IMG/VR virus record: IMGVR_UViG_2609459800_000001
DNA length: 64,000 nucleotides
DNA from: a virus
Lineage: Duplodnaviria > Heunggongvirae > Uroviricota > Caudoviricetes
Reading direction: 5' to 3' (one strand)
The position numbers were made by a program, and so were the translations under genes. The notes below the pieces were generated by a model, which worked only from the letters and a program-made list of their open reading frames with translations, was not told where the DNA came from and did not search any database. Each line of letters begins with the position of its first letter. Position 1 is the first letter of the stretch. Of this stretch, positions 54,667 through 64,000 are shown in pieces.

Positions 54667-56582
54667 GCCGCTACCCCCGCTTTCTGGATTGCTACCAACA
54701 GATCAGCCAGGTGGCGAGCTGCGCCGTTAACCAGCTCTTCGTTTTCCTCAAAACGTCCGGCAGCCTGAAGGGCTGCAATCGCTTCCCGGACATTGCCCCG
54801 GGCGTTACGGATCTCCGCCATGTCAGTGCTTTGCATATCCATTACGTTATTGAGATATTCAATGGCTTTATTAGCCTCTGCATCTGCTTCGCTAACCGTT
54901 TCATCTGGCTGTGCCGGGGCCGGTTCTGGCTGAGTAATCTCACCGACTTCGGCCTGCAATGCATTGATCATGCTCTGCACCATTTTCTCGGTGCCAGCGC
55001 CCCCAGGAAACGCAATATTGGGGAAAGTTTTTTGAAACTGAGTTTTCAGCATTACGCGGAACTCGTCTGGTGAGCTGGTGGCCAGCTCCAGAGCTTTTTG
55101 TGCATATTTGCCAAACGGACCATTAGTAAGTGTCTTCGCCAGGAAGTCGAAAGAATCCTCGCGAGGCAATAACTTCAGGTCGTACTCACTCATTTGCTGA
55201 TCAGAAAGCGGGGTATCGTAAGTAGCAATGCCGTAGCGTGCATATTCATAATACGGGTCACCTTCATCAGGGCGCGGCAGAATCGCTTTGTTACCTTCAG
55301 GTATTGCGCCAGGGGCCGCCGGACGCATTTGCAGGGCATATCGATATGCACCTACAGAGACTTCTGGTTCAGGCGAAGAGCTACCGGTATCCTCCGCTGG
55401 TTCAGGTTCGACGTTTTCCGGTTTATGTTCTTCTGGTTGGACCAGATATTCCGATACATTACCCGCTTTATAGGCTTTAAACAGCTTGCCGATCGCATCT
55501 GCCATGTCCACACCCTGTATGGATTTAGCCTTGATCATGTATACGCTGCCATCCGGATCGGTTAACTGGATATACCCTTCGCCATCCCCAATGAATTGCT
55601 TCATTGATGCACCATTACTGAGCGTCGCTTCCCCGTCCATATGCATACGATTTTTGATACTGGCAAGGCGATCCGTCAGCGCGCGAGAGTGCCCACCAGT
55701 CATCCCCGCGGGAGCAATGGTATCGCGCCCACCAGTGCGATTGAGCTGATCAATCTCCGTCTGCAAACGCTCATTCTCTTCATAAAGAGAATCCGCTTCC
55801 GATGCAACAGCGTTAATTTTCTGCTCCAGATCTGCCTTCTGCCCTTCTACCGCTGCCACCTGATCCGCGAGGTCGCTCATGGCATCCTCTTTCTGGTCAC
55901 TGTCAGCCTGTAGTTGGGTTATTTCATCAACAAGGGCTTTTTTCTTCTTCTGCGCACGCTGGAATTTTGCCGAGTTTTTCTCTGCAAGGTTGGCAAGTTT
56001 CATGGTGACCTGCGCCAGCGTCATATCACGTCCACTCATCGGAGCAACGGTGTGAGTAACGTCTTTTTTATTCAGTAAGAACTGGAAAGCAACCAGCGTA
56101 TCGCTATTGGTGATCCGGTTTTCCGCTGTCGGGCTATGAAACAGAATGCTGATAGTCTGACCATCACTGAGCGGAATAATGGCTGGCAAGACCGGCAGCC
56201 CGTTAACGTTACGTGCCCGGCCAATTTCAGCGCCGCCGATCGCGCGCGCGCCGCTCTGGGCCACATCCCCCGTTTTATCACTCCCCGCAGAGATTCCGGT
56301 ACCATTCAGCTTCTGGTTCAATGCCCGGACAAATGCCTGCATGGTCCGGTGTAACTGCAAACGAGTAGAACTAATCGCCTCCAGTAAATCCGTAGCACAC
56401 CAGTGGATCGGCGTGTCATAGAAGAACGTAGCCTCGATTTCCTCCAGGGTGTTGGATTCCGTCATCAGATAGCGGTCCTCACCGGCCATTAATGCGCGAT
56501 ATTCATCATCAGTCACTGGCGGGGGAAGCACGTCAAGCCCAGGCTTGAGCGTCACCCCTTTATTGATATTGAACTGTTCCAT
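54663..56582 (-). CDS. darA: defence-against-restriction protein DarA (head internal protein)
   Basis: 639 aa as recalled for P1 DarA; central coiled-coil; operon position. Confidence 0.7.
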   Translation of the reverse strand: MEQFNINKGVTLKPGLDVLPPPVTDDEYRALMAGEDRYLMTESNTLEEIEATFFYDTPIHWCATDLLEAISSTRLQLHRTMQAFVRALNQKLNGTGISAGSDKTGDVAQSGARAIGGAEIGRARNVNGLPVLPAIIPLSDGQTISILFHSPTAENRITNSDTLVAFQFLLNKKDVTHTVAPMSGRDMTLAQVTMKLANLAEKNSAKFQRAQKKKKALVDEITQLQADSDQKEDAMSDLADQVAAVEGQKADLEQKINAVASEADSLYEENERLQTEIDQLNRTGGRDTIAPAGMTGGHSRALTDRLASIKNRMHMDGEATLSNGASMKQFIGDGEGYIQLTDPDGSVYMIKAKSIQGVDMADAIGKLFKAYKAGNVSEYLVQPEEHKPENVEPEPAEDTGSSSPEPEVSVGAYRYALQMRPAAPGAIPEGNKAILPRPDEGDPYYEYARYGIATYDTPLSDQQMSEYDLKLLPREDSFDFLAKTLTNGPFGKYAQKALELATSSPDEFRVMLKTQFQKTFPNIAFPGGAGTEKMVQSMINALQAEVGEITQPEPAPAQPDETVSEADAEANKAIEYLNNVMDMQSTDMAEIRNARGNVREAIAALQAAGRFEENEELVNGAARHLADLLVAIQKAGVAA

Positions 56583-56583
56583 G

Positions 56584-57186
56584 TTAATTTCCTGCTTTCA
56601 GTTGCTTAAGACGACGTTTGAGTTCGCCATTCCGTGCCTTTTCGTTATTGAGTCGGCCCGTCTCCTTATCCAGCTTCGCCCGCAAATCAGTGATCTGCTG
56701 TTGATTGAAAGACACCGAATTCTGCGCGGACTTATAAGCGGCAACCACCTGAGCATTCCGCTGTTTTGCTTCTTGCAGGCGCTGAAAGTTGGATTTAACT
56801 GCCGGTTTCTTGTCTACCGGATTGGCAACACGCTTCGCTTTGGCGATCAGTGATTTCTGGAATTTTGCGGAGTTTTTGCGGGCCGCCTGTCCCATGACGG
56901 TACCAAGCGTCTTGATATCCGGCGACTGAGCGTTAGGAATAGCTTTTCCATTCAGTTTCACAGACGATATATCGCCAGTATCGTTTACCTGTATGGCAAG
57001 AATTTGTCCGTCGTTAAGAACCAGCTTTGCGGTTTTAACTTTAACGCCATCTTTCGTTGTTGCGCGGTTGCTGGAGTCAACCTCAATTACCGTAACCCCG
57101 GTTTTATTGATCGCCGCGATAAGGGATTTCAGCCCCTTTTCATTAACCTGGTCAAAATCGACCGTTGCATTCTTATTTTTCGTCAT
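56584..57186 (-). CDS. Hdf-like protein (homolog of a DarA fragment)
   Basis: RKNSAKFQKSLIAKAK resembles DarA NSAKFQRAQKKKK. Confidence 0.55.
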   Translation of the reverse strand: MTKNKNATVDFDQVNEKGLKSLIAAINKTGVTVIEVDSSNRATTKDGVKVKTAKLVLNDGQILAIQVNDTGDISSVKLNGKAIPNAQSPDIKTLGTVMGQAARKNSAKFQKSLIAKAKRVANPVDKKPAVKSNFQRLQEAKQRNAQVVAAYKSAQNSVSFNQQQITDLRAKLDKETGRLNNEKARNGELKRRLKQLKAGN

Positions 57187-57616
57187 CTGACACATCCTGT
57201 GCGAGATTTATTACGTAACTTCTGCGGATTTGCTGAGTAACAGGGAAAATCCGATACAACGGGTTAATGAACGAGTCGCCATGCGTAACCATGACGTTGA
57301 AATGCCACAGTCGCTCTCCTTTACCCATATATTCAGTGGGTATGTACAACCATTCACTGTTTTCGCCCTGTTCAGCCGACGTCAGACAACGTTGTTCGCC
57401 TTCAATCACTGTCGTCGGCTTCTGAACATCGCGGATCCAATATCTGACCGTTGCGCCGCGCAAAAACGGGAATTTAGACCGGTATTTGAACGGCACCCGG
57501 ATGAAACCCGGTTTAATTTCCACATCACCAAGTTCTAAGTGCGTGATGTCCTTGCGTTTTAGCAAATAGCGATCGGCTAAGGCTAACGCAAGAACGCATA
57601 CACCCCAGCCAATCAT
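57173..57616 (-). CDS. lydB: LydB-like antiholin
   Basis: 147-aa ORF directly after holin gene. Confidence 0.5.
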   Translation of the reverse strand: MIGWGVCVLALALADRYLLKRKDITHLELGDVEIKPGFIRVPFKYRSKFPFLRGATVRYWIRDVQKPTTVIEGEQRCLTSAEQGENSEWLYIPTEYMGKGERLWHFNVMVTHGDSFINPLYRIFPVTQQIRRSYVINLAQDVSDDEK

Positions 57617-57942
57617 TTCCCGCCTCCCTTTTTCACCAAACTTGTAAGAACATTCAGAATGCTATCGATATTCACTCGTTTCATCCCTGAAATCACCTCA
57701 TGACCGTTATTGCTGGCTATCGTTACCATTAAGTACGTAATTGATAACTCCCAGCCCTCGTGTTGCCCCAATAGGTACGCCACCGCGCCAGCTGTCACTG
57801 CAACAAAGATCTCCGTAACCAATCCTAACAAATTGCCAGACTGGCGACCGTCTCGGACATCCATCAGGAACGTGCCTATCCCACCAATTACTGAAAGCAG
57901 GAGCGCAATAGCAACTGGAGCTAATTCCTGTGTGTCAAGCAC
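57613..57942 (-). CDS. lydA: LydA-like holin
   Basis: 109 aa; three hydrophobic helices; charged C-terminus. Confidence 0.6.
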   Translation of the reverse strand: MLDTQELAPVAIALLLSVIGGIGTFLMDVRDGRQSGNLLGLVTEIFVAVTAGAVAYLLGQHEGWELSITYLMVTIASNNGHEVISGMKRVNIDSILNVLTSLVKKGGGK

Positions 57943-58009
57943 AAGTTCCCTCCTACGTTGTCAGGAGGTAATGGTATGCAAAGTAACTTCTCAACCGGTC
58001 ATTTGTTGC

Positions 58010-58291
58010 TTAAGAGGCATTTCTATTGAGGTGCGAATCGATAATCCTTTGTAACTTTTCAAGAATGAGCCTGTTATTGATGCTGCAAATAATAGTCACG
58101 CAATTCTGAAGACTTTCATCCATACCCTTATATTCCGCGAAATACATGCCTATAAAGCCTGCAAGTACGGCAGCAATACACTCGGCCATCAATTGCCTGC
58201 ATGACGCTTCGTAACGTTTTTCACGAACCCCATTCAGAAACGAATGCACCCCGCCAAGGATGGAGAGGAGCATTATTGTGAAATCACACAT
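58010..58291 (-). CDS. small membrane protein (93 aa), holin-like
   Basis: TM segment IAAVLAGFIGMYF. Confidence 0.4.
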   Translation of the reverse strand: MCDFTIMLLSILGGVHSFLNGVREKRYEASCRQLMAECIAAVLAGFIGMYFAEYKGMDESLQNCVTIICSINNRLILEKLQRIIDSHLNRNAS

Positions 58292-58418
58292 AACTATTTC
58301 CTTAATAGTGAATTAAATATCATTGGGAAACGGTATGTACTTTGTGATTTCCACACATACTGGTTTTTGTTAATTAAAATCCGCAGCTTGCTATAAATAA
58401 CGATAGTGAGCAGAAAAT

Positions 58419-58979
58419 ATGCTAATAGGCTATGTACGCGTATCAACAAATGAACAAAACACTGCTTTACAACGAAATGCCCTTGAAAGCGCAGGATGTG
58501 AGCTAATTTTTGAGGATAAGGCGAGCGGCAAAAAGGCTGAACGCCCTGGGCTAAGAAAGGTTTTGCGTATGCTTTCCAGAGGTGACACCCTGGTCGTATG
58601 GAAGTTAGATCGTCTTGGGCGCAGCATGCGTCACTTGGTTGTGCTGGTGGAGGAGCTGCGTGACAGAGGAATTAACTTCCGGAGTCTCACTGACTCCATC
58701 GACACCAGTACACCAATGGGGCGCTTTTTCTTTCACGTAATGGGGGCGCTGGCAGAAATGGAACGTGAGCTTATCGTTGAACGTACACGCGCTGGACTTG
58801 ATGCAGCTCGCGCAGAAGGTCGAATAGGAGGCCGTCGGCCTAAATACCAAGAAGAAACATGGCAGCAAATGCGTCGATTGCTGGAGAATGGCATCCCCCG
58901 TAAGCAGGTTGCAATCATCTATGATGTTGCTGTTTCCACGCTTTATAAAAAGTTTCCTGCGTCATCATTTCAATCCTAA
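58419..58979 (+). CDS. cin: Cin/Gin/Hin-family serine DNA invertase
   Basis: MLIGYVRVSTNEQ catalytic Ser; VWKLDRLGRS; C-terminal HTH; next to invertible tail-fibre segment. Confidence 0.9.
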   Translation: MLIGYVRVSTNEQNTALQRNALESAGCELIFEDKASGKKAERPGLRKVLRMLSRGDTLVVWKLDRLGRSMRHLVVLVEELRDRGINFRSLTDSIDTSTPMGRFFFHVMGALAEMERELIVERTRAGLDAARAEGRIGGRRPKYQEETWQQMRRLLENGIPRKQVAIIYDVAVSTLYKKFPASSFQS

Positions 58980-58996
58980 ACCTTGGTTTAAGAGAA
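58971..58996. other. cix-like inversion crossover site (left)
   Basis: CAATCCTAAACC-TT-GGTTTAAGAGAA, hix/gix-like half-sites; overlaps cin stop. Confidence 0.6.
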
Positions 58997-59170
58997 CTCG
59001 GTACCAGCGGTGAAAAGATCCCCCTGTTGAGCACGGCTAACACATGGAGTGCGCGCCAGACTTTCAACGGCGGGATCACCGGGGCGCTGACAGGGAACGC
59101 CGACACCGCGACGAAATTAAAAACAGCCATAAACATTAATGGCGTCAGGTTCGATGGTTCGGCTGACATT
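58984..59170. repeat. inverted repeat (left) of invertible segment
   Basis: Matches reverse complement of 63347-63532 with few mismatches. Confidence 0.8.
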
Positions 59171-60880
59171 ACGTTGACTCCTAAAGATCTGGACGTTTAC
59201 AGCAAAAGCGAAATAGACAATAAAAAAGGGATGCGAAAATACACTTTTTCAGCGCCTGCAAATGCAGTAAGCGGTAAGTGGTATCCTATAGTCTTTCGCC
59301 GATCTGGAGGCAGTACCGATGAATTAGCCTCACGAGTTGTGATAACTACTTATTCCTCAGCTGGCGGATACGCCATGAATAATTGTGAATTTAATGGGTT
59401 TGTTATGCCTGGCGGTTGGTCTGATCGCGGTTCATATGCGGCTGGTTTTTTCTCAATATATTCTACTGCTGAGCGAGCTATACACTCGATTATTTCAAGT
59501 GTGAAAGATGACGATTTGTGTAGTGTATTTTACGTTGAAGCCAGAGCATTTCCTATCAAGATATTTGCTGAGGAGGGCTTGAACGTAATTGTTCCAACTA
59601 CTGACTATACCGTTGGTCAAGCCACCTATAAGTGGGGGGCCACAGATCCAGTAGCAGAAAGTACAAATACTCAAACCATTCTGGATTTTAAAAATGGACG
59701 TGGTTATTACTGCTCACATCAGTTTGTTTCAAGCCTTTCAGGAAATGCAGCAACAGCAACGAAATTAGCAAGTTCAATAAACATAGGTGGTGTATCCTTT
59801 GATGGTTCAGCCGATATAGATTTGCCTGGTGTGAATACAAAAGGTAATCAAGACACTACCGGTAATGCAGCGACAGCGACCAAGTTGCAGACAGCATGTA
59901 CTATCAACGGCGTCTCGTTTGATGGTTCTAAAGATATTGAACTTAACCCACGGTCTATAGGCACGATCAACTCCACAACAATGTCTTTTAGTGGTGGTGC
60001 TGGATGGTTCAAGCTGGCAACTGTAACAATGCCACAAGCCAGTTCCGTGGTTTACATAAACCTGATTGGTGGCGCAGGGTATAACGTTGGCTCCCCGCAG
60101 CAAGCAGGCATCTCTGAGCTGGTTCTGCGTGCAGGAAATGGAAATCCAAAAGGTATTACTGGTGCATTATGGCGACGGACCTCGGTTGGATTTACTAATT
60201 TTGCATGGGTGAATACATCCGGTGATACCTATGACATTTATGTAGAAATAGGTAATTACGCCACAGGTGTTAATATCCAGTGGGATTATACAAAGGATGC
60301 AACTGTACAAATTCATACATCACCAACTTATACAGCGAATAAACCAACAGGCCTGACAGATGGAACTGTATATGTAATTTACAGTTCGCACATTAAACCG
60401 ACTGCTGCTGAGGTTGGGGCATTGTCATTATCTGGCGGTCAATTGAATGGTGCATTGGGTATCGGAACATCCAGTGCTCTTGGCGGTAACTCGATTGTTT
60501 TGGGTGATAATGACACGGGCTTTAAACAAAATGGCGACGGTAATCTGGACGTTTATGCTAATAACGTTCATGTTATGCGCTTTGTCTCCGGCAGCATTCA
60601 AAGTAATAAAACCATAAATATTACAGGGCGTGTTAACCCCTCGGATTACGGTAACTTTGATTCTCGTTATGTAAGAGACATGCGACTTGGTGGAGCATCT
60701 ACATATAAACCAGCAAATAACACCTCGACATGGACGCATCAGGCACCATCAGGCTGCGTTTATACTGGCATTATAGTCCAGGATACCGGCTCGAATTCTG
60801 CCGATAATATTGGAGGTGTATATTACAGGCCGGTTCAGAAACAGATTAATGGAACATGGTATAACGTGGCACAGGTTTAA
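59027..60880 (+). CDS. alternative tail-fibre variable part (Sv-prime), silent in this orientation
   Basis: 617-aa ORF; GNAATATKL...INGVSFDGS fibre repeats; 5-prime end inside inverted repeat. Confidence 0.75.
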   Translation: MSTANTWSARQTFNGGITGALTGNADTATKLKTAININGVRFDGSADITLTPKDLDVYSKSEIDNKKGMRKYTFSAPANAVSGKWYPIVFRRSGGSTDELASRVVITTYSSAGGYAMNNCEFNGFVMPGGWSDRGSYAAGFFSIYSTAERAIHSIISSVKDDDLCSVFYVEARAFPIKIFAEEGLNVIVPTTDYTVGQATYKWGATDPVAESTNTQTILDFKNGRGYYCSHQFVSSLSGNAATATKLASSINIGGVSFDGSADIDLPGVNTKGNQDTTGNAATATKLQTACTINGVSFDGSKDIELNPRSIGTINSTTMSFSGGAGWFKLATVTMPQASSVVYINLIGGAGYNVGSPQQAGISELVLRAGNGNPKGITGALWRRTSVGFTNFAWVNTSGDTYDIYVEIGNYATGVNIQWDYTKDATVQIHTSPTYTANKPTGLTDGTVYVIYSSHIKPTAAEVGALSLSGGQLNGALGIGTSSALGGNSIVLGDNDTGFKQNGDGNLDVYANNVHVMRFVSGSIQSNKTINITGRVNPSDYGNFDSRYVRDMRLGGASTYKPANNTSTWTHQAPSGCVYTGIIVQDTGSNSADNIGGVYYRPVQKQINGTWYNVAQV

Positions 60881-60884
60881 ATTT

Positions 60885-61412
60885 ATGCAGCATTTGATCA
60901 ATATAACAGCGGGTAATCCAAAAACAGTTGAGCAATACCAGCTGACGAAACATTTTGATGTCATCTGGTTTTTTACAGAAGACGGTAAAAACTGGTATGA
61001 GGAACAAAAGAACTTCCAGGATGACACGATAAAATTAGCGTATGACAAAGATAACATCATCCGCTATGTGGAAAAGGATGTAACAGCTATCAGACCGGAT
61101 GGATTAAGTGTTGTTGAAGTGCCGGATATTACTGCTAACCGACGTGCCGACATTTCTGGTAACTGGATGTTTAAGGATGGCGCAGTTATTAAACGTATTT
61201 ATACGGCAGAGGAATTACAGCAGCAGGTAGAAAATCAGAAAGCCAGACTTCTTGCTGATGCTGAATCAGTCATTCAACTACTAGAGCGTGCAGTAAGGCT
61301 GAATATGGCAACGGATGAGGACCACAGCCGACTGGAAGCATGGGAACGCTACAGCGTTCTTGTAAGCCGCGTGGATACGGCAAAGCCAGAATGGCCACAA
61401 AAACCTGAGTAA
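60885..61412 (+). CDS. tail-fibre assembly protein (U-prime)
   Basis: 175 aa; paralog of minus-strand gene 61440-61973. Confidence 0.8.
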   Translation: MQHLINITAGNPKTVEQYQLTKHFDVIWFFTEDGKNWYEEQKNFQDDTIKLAYDKDNIIRYVEKDVTAIRPDGLSVVEVPDITANRRADISGNWMFKDGAVIKRIYTAEELQQQVENQKARLLADAESVIQLLERAVRLNMATDEDHSRLEAWERYSVLVSRVDTAKPEWPQKPE

Positions 61413-61416
61413 AAAT

Positions 61417-61438
61417 AAGGCCCGATAACGGGCCTTTT
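61417..61438. terminator. bidirectional terminator between convergent fibre-assembly genes
   Basis: AAGGCCCG-ataa-CGGGCCTTTT. Confidence 0.6.
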
Positions 61439-61439
61439 C

Positions 61440-61973
61440 TCATTCTGGTTGTTCGGGAAACGTTACTGGCAGGATGGAGGTATCTGTAGATTCTACTTTC
61501 TGCGCATATAGCATCCACGCGGTTAATTTCTGTTTATTCTCATCGGAAATGATGCCCAGCCGTAGCTGTGAGTCCCACAGTTGGGTTTTATCCCTGACAA
61601 GTTGCAATAGGCTTTGCTTTTCATTTTCAGCTTGTTGCCTCTGTTCTTCCTCGGTATAAGTTCGCTTTATCACTACGCCATCTTTGAACATCCATTTACC
61701 AGAAATGTCAGCACGGCGATTTGCAGTAATGTCAGCAACCTCAACCACACTTAAACCTTCTGGATTTATTGTAGATACGTCTTTATTTATAGCCACAATA
61801 ACTCCATCTGATGTGTAAGCAATTTTTATAGTGTCATCCTGGAAGTTCTTTTGTTCCTCATACCAGTTTTTACCGTCTTCAGAATACAACCAGACAACAC
61901 CAAATTGTCGCGTCAATTCATATTGTTCAACAGTTTTTGGATTACCTGATCTGATGTTTTTTAAATGCTGCAT
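61440..61973 (-). CDS. tail-fibre assembly protein (U), expressed orientation
   Basis: 177 aa directly after S stop. Confidence 0.85.
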   Translation of the reverse strand: MQHLKNIRSGNPKTVEQYELTRQFGVVWLYSEDGKNWYEEQKNFQDDTIKIAYTSDGVIVAINKDVSTINPEGLSVVEVADITANRRADISGKWMFKDGVVIKRTYTEEEQRQQAENEKQSLLQLVRDKTQLWDSQLRLGIISDENKQKLTAWMLYAQKVESTDTSILPVTFPEQPE

Positions 61974-61975
61974 AA

Positions 61976-64000
61976 TTAAATACTTCCCGCGTTATACCAT
62001 GTACCATTGATACAATACTGCACCGGCCTTGCCTGAGTTGTATCAATAAGTTCGTCCTTATTTGAGTTAATTGAGGCAGTAACAACATAACCAGATTTAT
62101 CGTTCCATCCAGGACCATTCCATGTTTGCACAGACGATTTTGTACCTAATCGAATACCTGTAATAAATCGTGAATTACATTCTGCTTTGGTATATGCCCC
62201 AACATCTCCCGCAGATGGTTTACGTGTTGTAGTATAAAATTCCGACCAGTCGGCTTCAAAACCATAACCGTCACGCGCAGAACGATAATAAATACCGCCG
62301 TTCTTATAATTCACGCGGAACTGAACAGCCGGACAACTACCAGCTCCCATATAAAAATGGAGAATCAACGTAGATGCTCCACCAATATTAGCGTTATAAA
62401 CCCCGCTAATCGAGTTCCATCCAACAGCTTTGTCATTTCCAACTGTGCTTCCTGTCTGCCCTAAAGCAAATGCAGGTTGCTGGTTTTTTGTGCTGTAGTC
62501 GCGCCGCCAGCCTGGGGCGTAATCTGCACCATGGTTTATATAAGTAAATTGCGCATTAGTGGTGCCACCTCCGGTGGAAGTGCTTGGTGTTGTTACACGG
62601 ATGGTCATGGCACCTTTATTACCCATAACCTCAATAACGCAACCTGCAAGATGAATAGTTCCACAGCCAGTATCGGTTATAATTTTATTATTGCCGTACG
62701 ACCATGAACATTTGCACATCCAGTATGGGTGATTGAATGCCCCTTGAGAATCCAGCCATTCAATCAATTGTGCCGTTGTCCAGTTCCCTGCACCTGTACT
62801 AATAGAACTGTGAAAAGCGCGACATGCACCAATATTTTTAGTGAAGGTATCTTTTCCAGGAATATCCGCGCCATTCTGGTTTTTCTGCAATGATCCAGCG
62901 GCTAGTTCTACGGTTTGCTCAAGATTTAAATTTTCAGCCGTTAGCTCAATATTTTTAGAACCATCAAACGAAACACCGTTAATAGTGCGCGCCGTCTGCA
63001 ATCTGGTCGCCGTAGCAGCATTGCCGGAGGTATCCTGATCCCCTTTGGCATTGACGCCGGGAATTGAATCTTTTGACGTATAGACCTGCGCCCATTCAGA
63101 CCAGTTGGCAGAATCAGTATCCCGCCGCGAACGGATATGTACGGGCGCATGGGCACCGCTCGTGCCACTCCAGCCAATGAATAACTCACCTTCGCCAGCA
63201 GCGGTGGCACCTTTAAGGTGAAGCACATTGCCATAGGGGGAAGGGTAGCCATTGTTGTATGCCTCATACAGCTGAATCCCAGATGTTCCCTGTGCATTCG
63301 CCTCCAAGGCCGTTACGCGACCGCGCGATACCAGAGTATTGATATTAATGTCACCAGAACCATCGAACCTGACGCCATTAATGTTTATGGCTGTTTTCAA
63401 TTTCGTCGCGGTGTCGGCGTTCCCTGTCAGTGCCCCGGTGATCCCGCCGTTGAAAGTCTGGCGCGCACTCCATGTGTTAGCCGTGCTCAACAGGGGGATC
63501 TTTTCACCGCTGGTACCGAGTTCTCTTAAACCAAGGTATTGGATAACGGCCAGTGTGCTTGTTTTAGCCAGAATATCGCGACCGACTGACGTTAAATCAG
63601 TCTGAGCTACCGTATCCTTACCAGTGAAATAAGGCAGTTTGTTTGCACCAGTCGCAAGGGCAGCGAGAGCGGTTAAAGTTGCATCCAGAGGCTGTTTGCC
63701 TGCCAGCGCATTTGTCATTGTTGTCGCAAAGTTCGGGTCATTGCCAAGTGCTGCGGCAAGCTCATTCAGGGTATCAAGAGCTTCTGGTGATGAACCAACC
63801 AATGCGGATATGGCAGCTCTTACATAAGCGGTCGTAGCAATCTGCGTGTTATTCGTACCCTGTGCAGCGGTAGGCGCAGTAGGGACACCCGTTAATGCAG
63901 GGCTTGCCAAAGGCGCTTTGAGAGCCAAGGCATTGTTGATAGTTGTGCTGTAATTCGGGTCGTTATTGATCGCAGCAGCTATTTCTTTAAGCGTATCCAG
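61976..64000 (-). CDS. tail-fibre protein S (constant + variable parts), 5-prime partial; continues past window end
   Basis: Open frame to window edge; tandem LDTL.E.AAA.NNDPN and GNAATATKL repeats; crosses cix site. Confidence 0.85.
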   Translation of the reverse strand: MDTLKEIAAAINNDPNYSTTINNALALKAPLASPALTGVPTAPTAAQGTNNTQIATTAYVRAAISALVGSSPEALDTLNELAAALGNDPNFATTMTNALAGKQPLDATLTALAALATGANKLPYFTGKDTVAQTDLTSVGRDILAKTSTLAVIQYLGLRELGTSGEKIPLLSTANTWSARQTFNGGITGALTGNADTATKLKTAININGVRFDGSGDININTLVSRGRVTALEANAQGTSGIQLYEAYNNGYPSPYGNVLHLKGATAAGEGELFIGWSGTSGAHAPVHIRSRRDTDSANWSEWAQVYTSKDSIPGVNAKGDQDTSGNAATATRLQTARTINGVSFDGSKNIELTAENLNLEQTVELAAGSLQKNQNGADIPGKDTFTKNIGACRAFHSSISTGAGNWTTAQLIEWLDSQGAFNHPYWMCKCSWSYGNNKIITDTGCGTIHLAGCVIEVMGNKGAMTIRVTTPSTSTGGGTTNAQFTYINHGADYAPGWRRDYSTKNQQPAFALGQTGSTVGNDKAVGWNSISGVYNANIGGASTLILHFYMGAGSCPAVQFRVNYKNGGIYYRSARDGYGFEADWSEFYTTTRKPSAGDVGAYTKAECNSRFITGIRLGTKSSVQTWNGPGWNDKSGYVVTASINSNKDELIDTTQARPVQYCINGTWYNAGSI
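63347..63532. repeat. inverted repeat (right) of invertible segment
   Basis: Reverse complement of 58984-59170. Confidence 0.8.
63521..63546. other. cix-like inversion crossover site (right)
   Basis: TTCTCTTAAACC-AA-GGTATTGGATAA. Confidence 0.6.

Noticed and set aside
52033-55913. Antisense and alternate-frame ORFs within the ddrB-like and darA genes
   Set aside because: Embedded in long, well-supported minus-strand genes; no RBS or independent support.
59700-63100. Repeated GNAATATKL / INGVSFDGS-encoding units that might look like a repeat array
   Set aside because: These are in-frame coding repeats typical of tail fibres, unequal in spacing and sequence; not a CRISPR array or satellite.

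Overview
The window reads as a contiguous segment of a P1-like temperate phage / phage-plasmid from an enterobacterial host. All calls are from reading the sequence and ORF track; no searches were run and comparisons to reference P1 are from memory. Landmarks in P1 order: a leftward block of late/morphogenesis-like genes (1-4049); a rightward block of small genes including a lambda-type Ser/Thr phosphatase, a HAD-like phosphatase, a VRR-NUC nuclease and a PAPS-reductase-like protein (4196-17385); hot-lxr-humD with a LexA box; phd-doc; pdcB-like; lpa; pacA (with hexamer pac site) and pacB; c1 and coi with C1 operators; loxP (29804-29837) and cre; a ref-like HNH gene; lxc/ulx-like genes; portal and head protease; a SAR-type lysozyme; ssb; the darA antirestriction operon with lydA/lydB-like holin genes; and cin with an invertible tail-fibre segment flanked by cix-like sites. 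The S tail-fibre gene runs off the right edge. On this backbone sit several apparently acquired inserts, which are the main candidates for novelty: (1) an AT-rich cassette with a 476-aa protein carrying an Rx6H HEPN-like motif, bounded by 23-bp inverted repeats; (2) a solitary GNAT acetyltransferase where P1 carries res/mod; (3) an immI-like module (structured RNA, icd-like ORF, antirepressor) between pacB and c1; (4) a 3.9-kb segment with cytochrome bd oxidase genes bounded by 239-bp inverted repeats, splitting a darB-like gene; (5) a cargo island (resolvase pseudogene, NTF2-like protein, GlxA-family regulator, MBL hydrolase) between a C1-controlled promoter and ref; (6) an AT-rich cluster of small membrane-protein genes. 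None of these has a proven function here.
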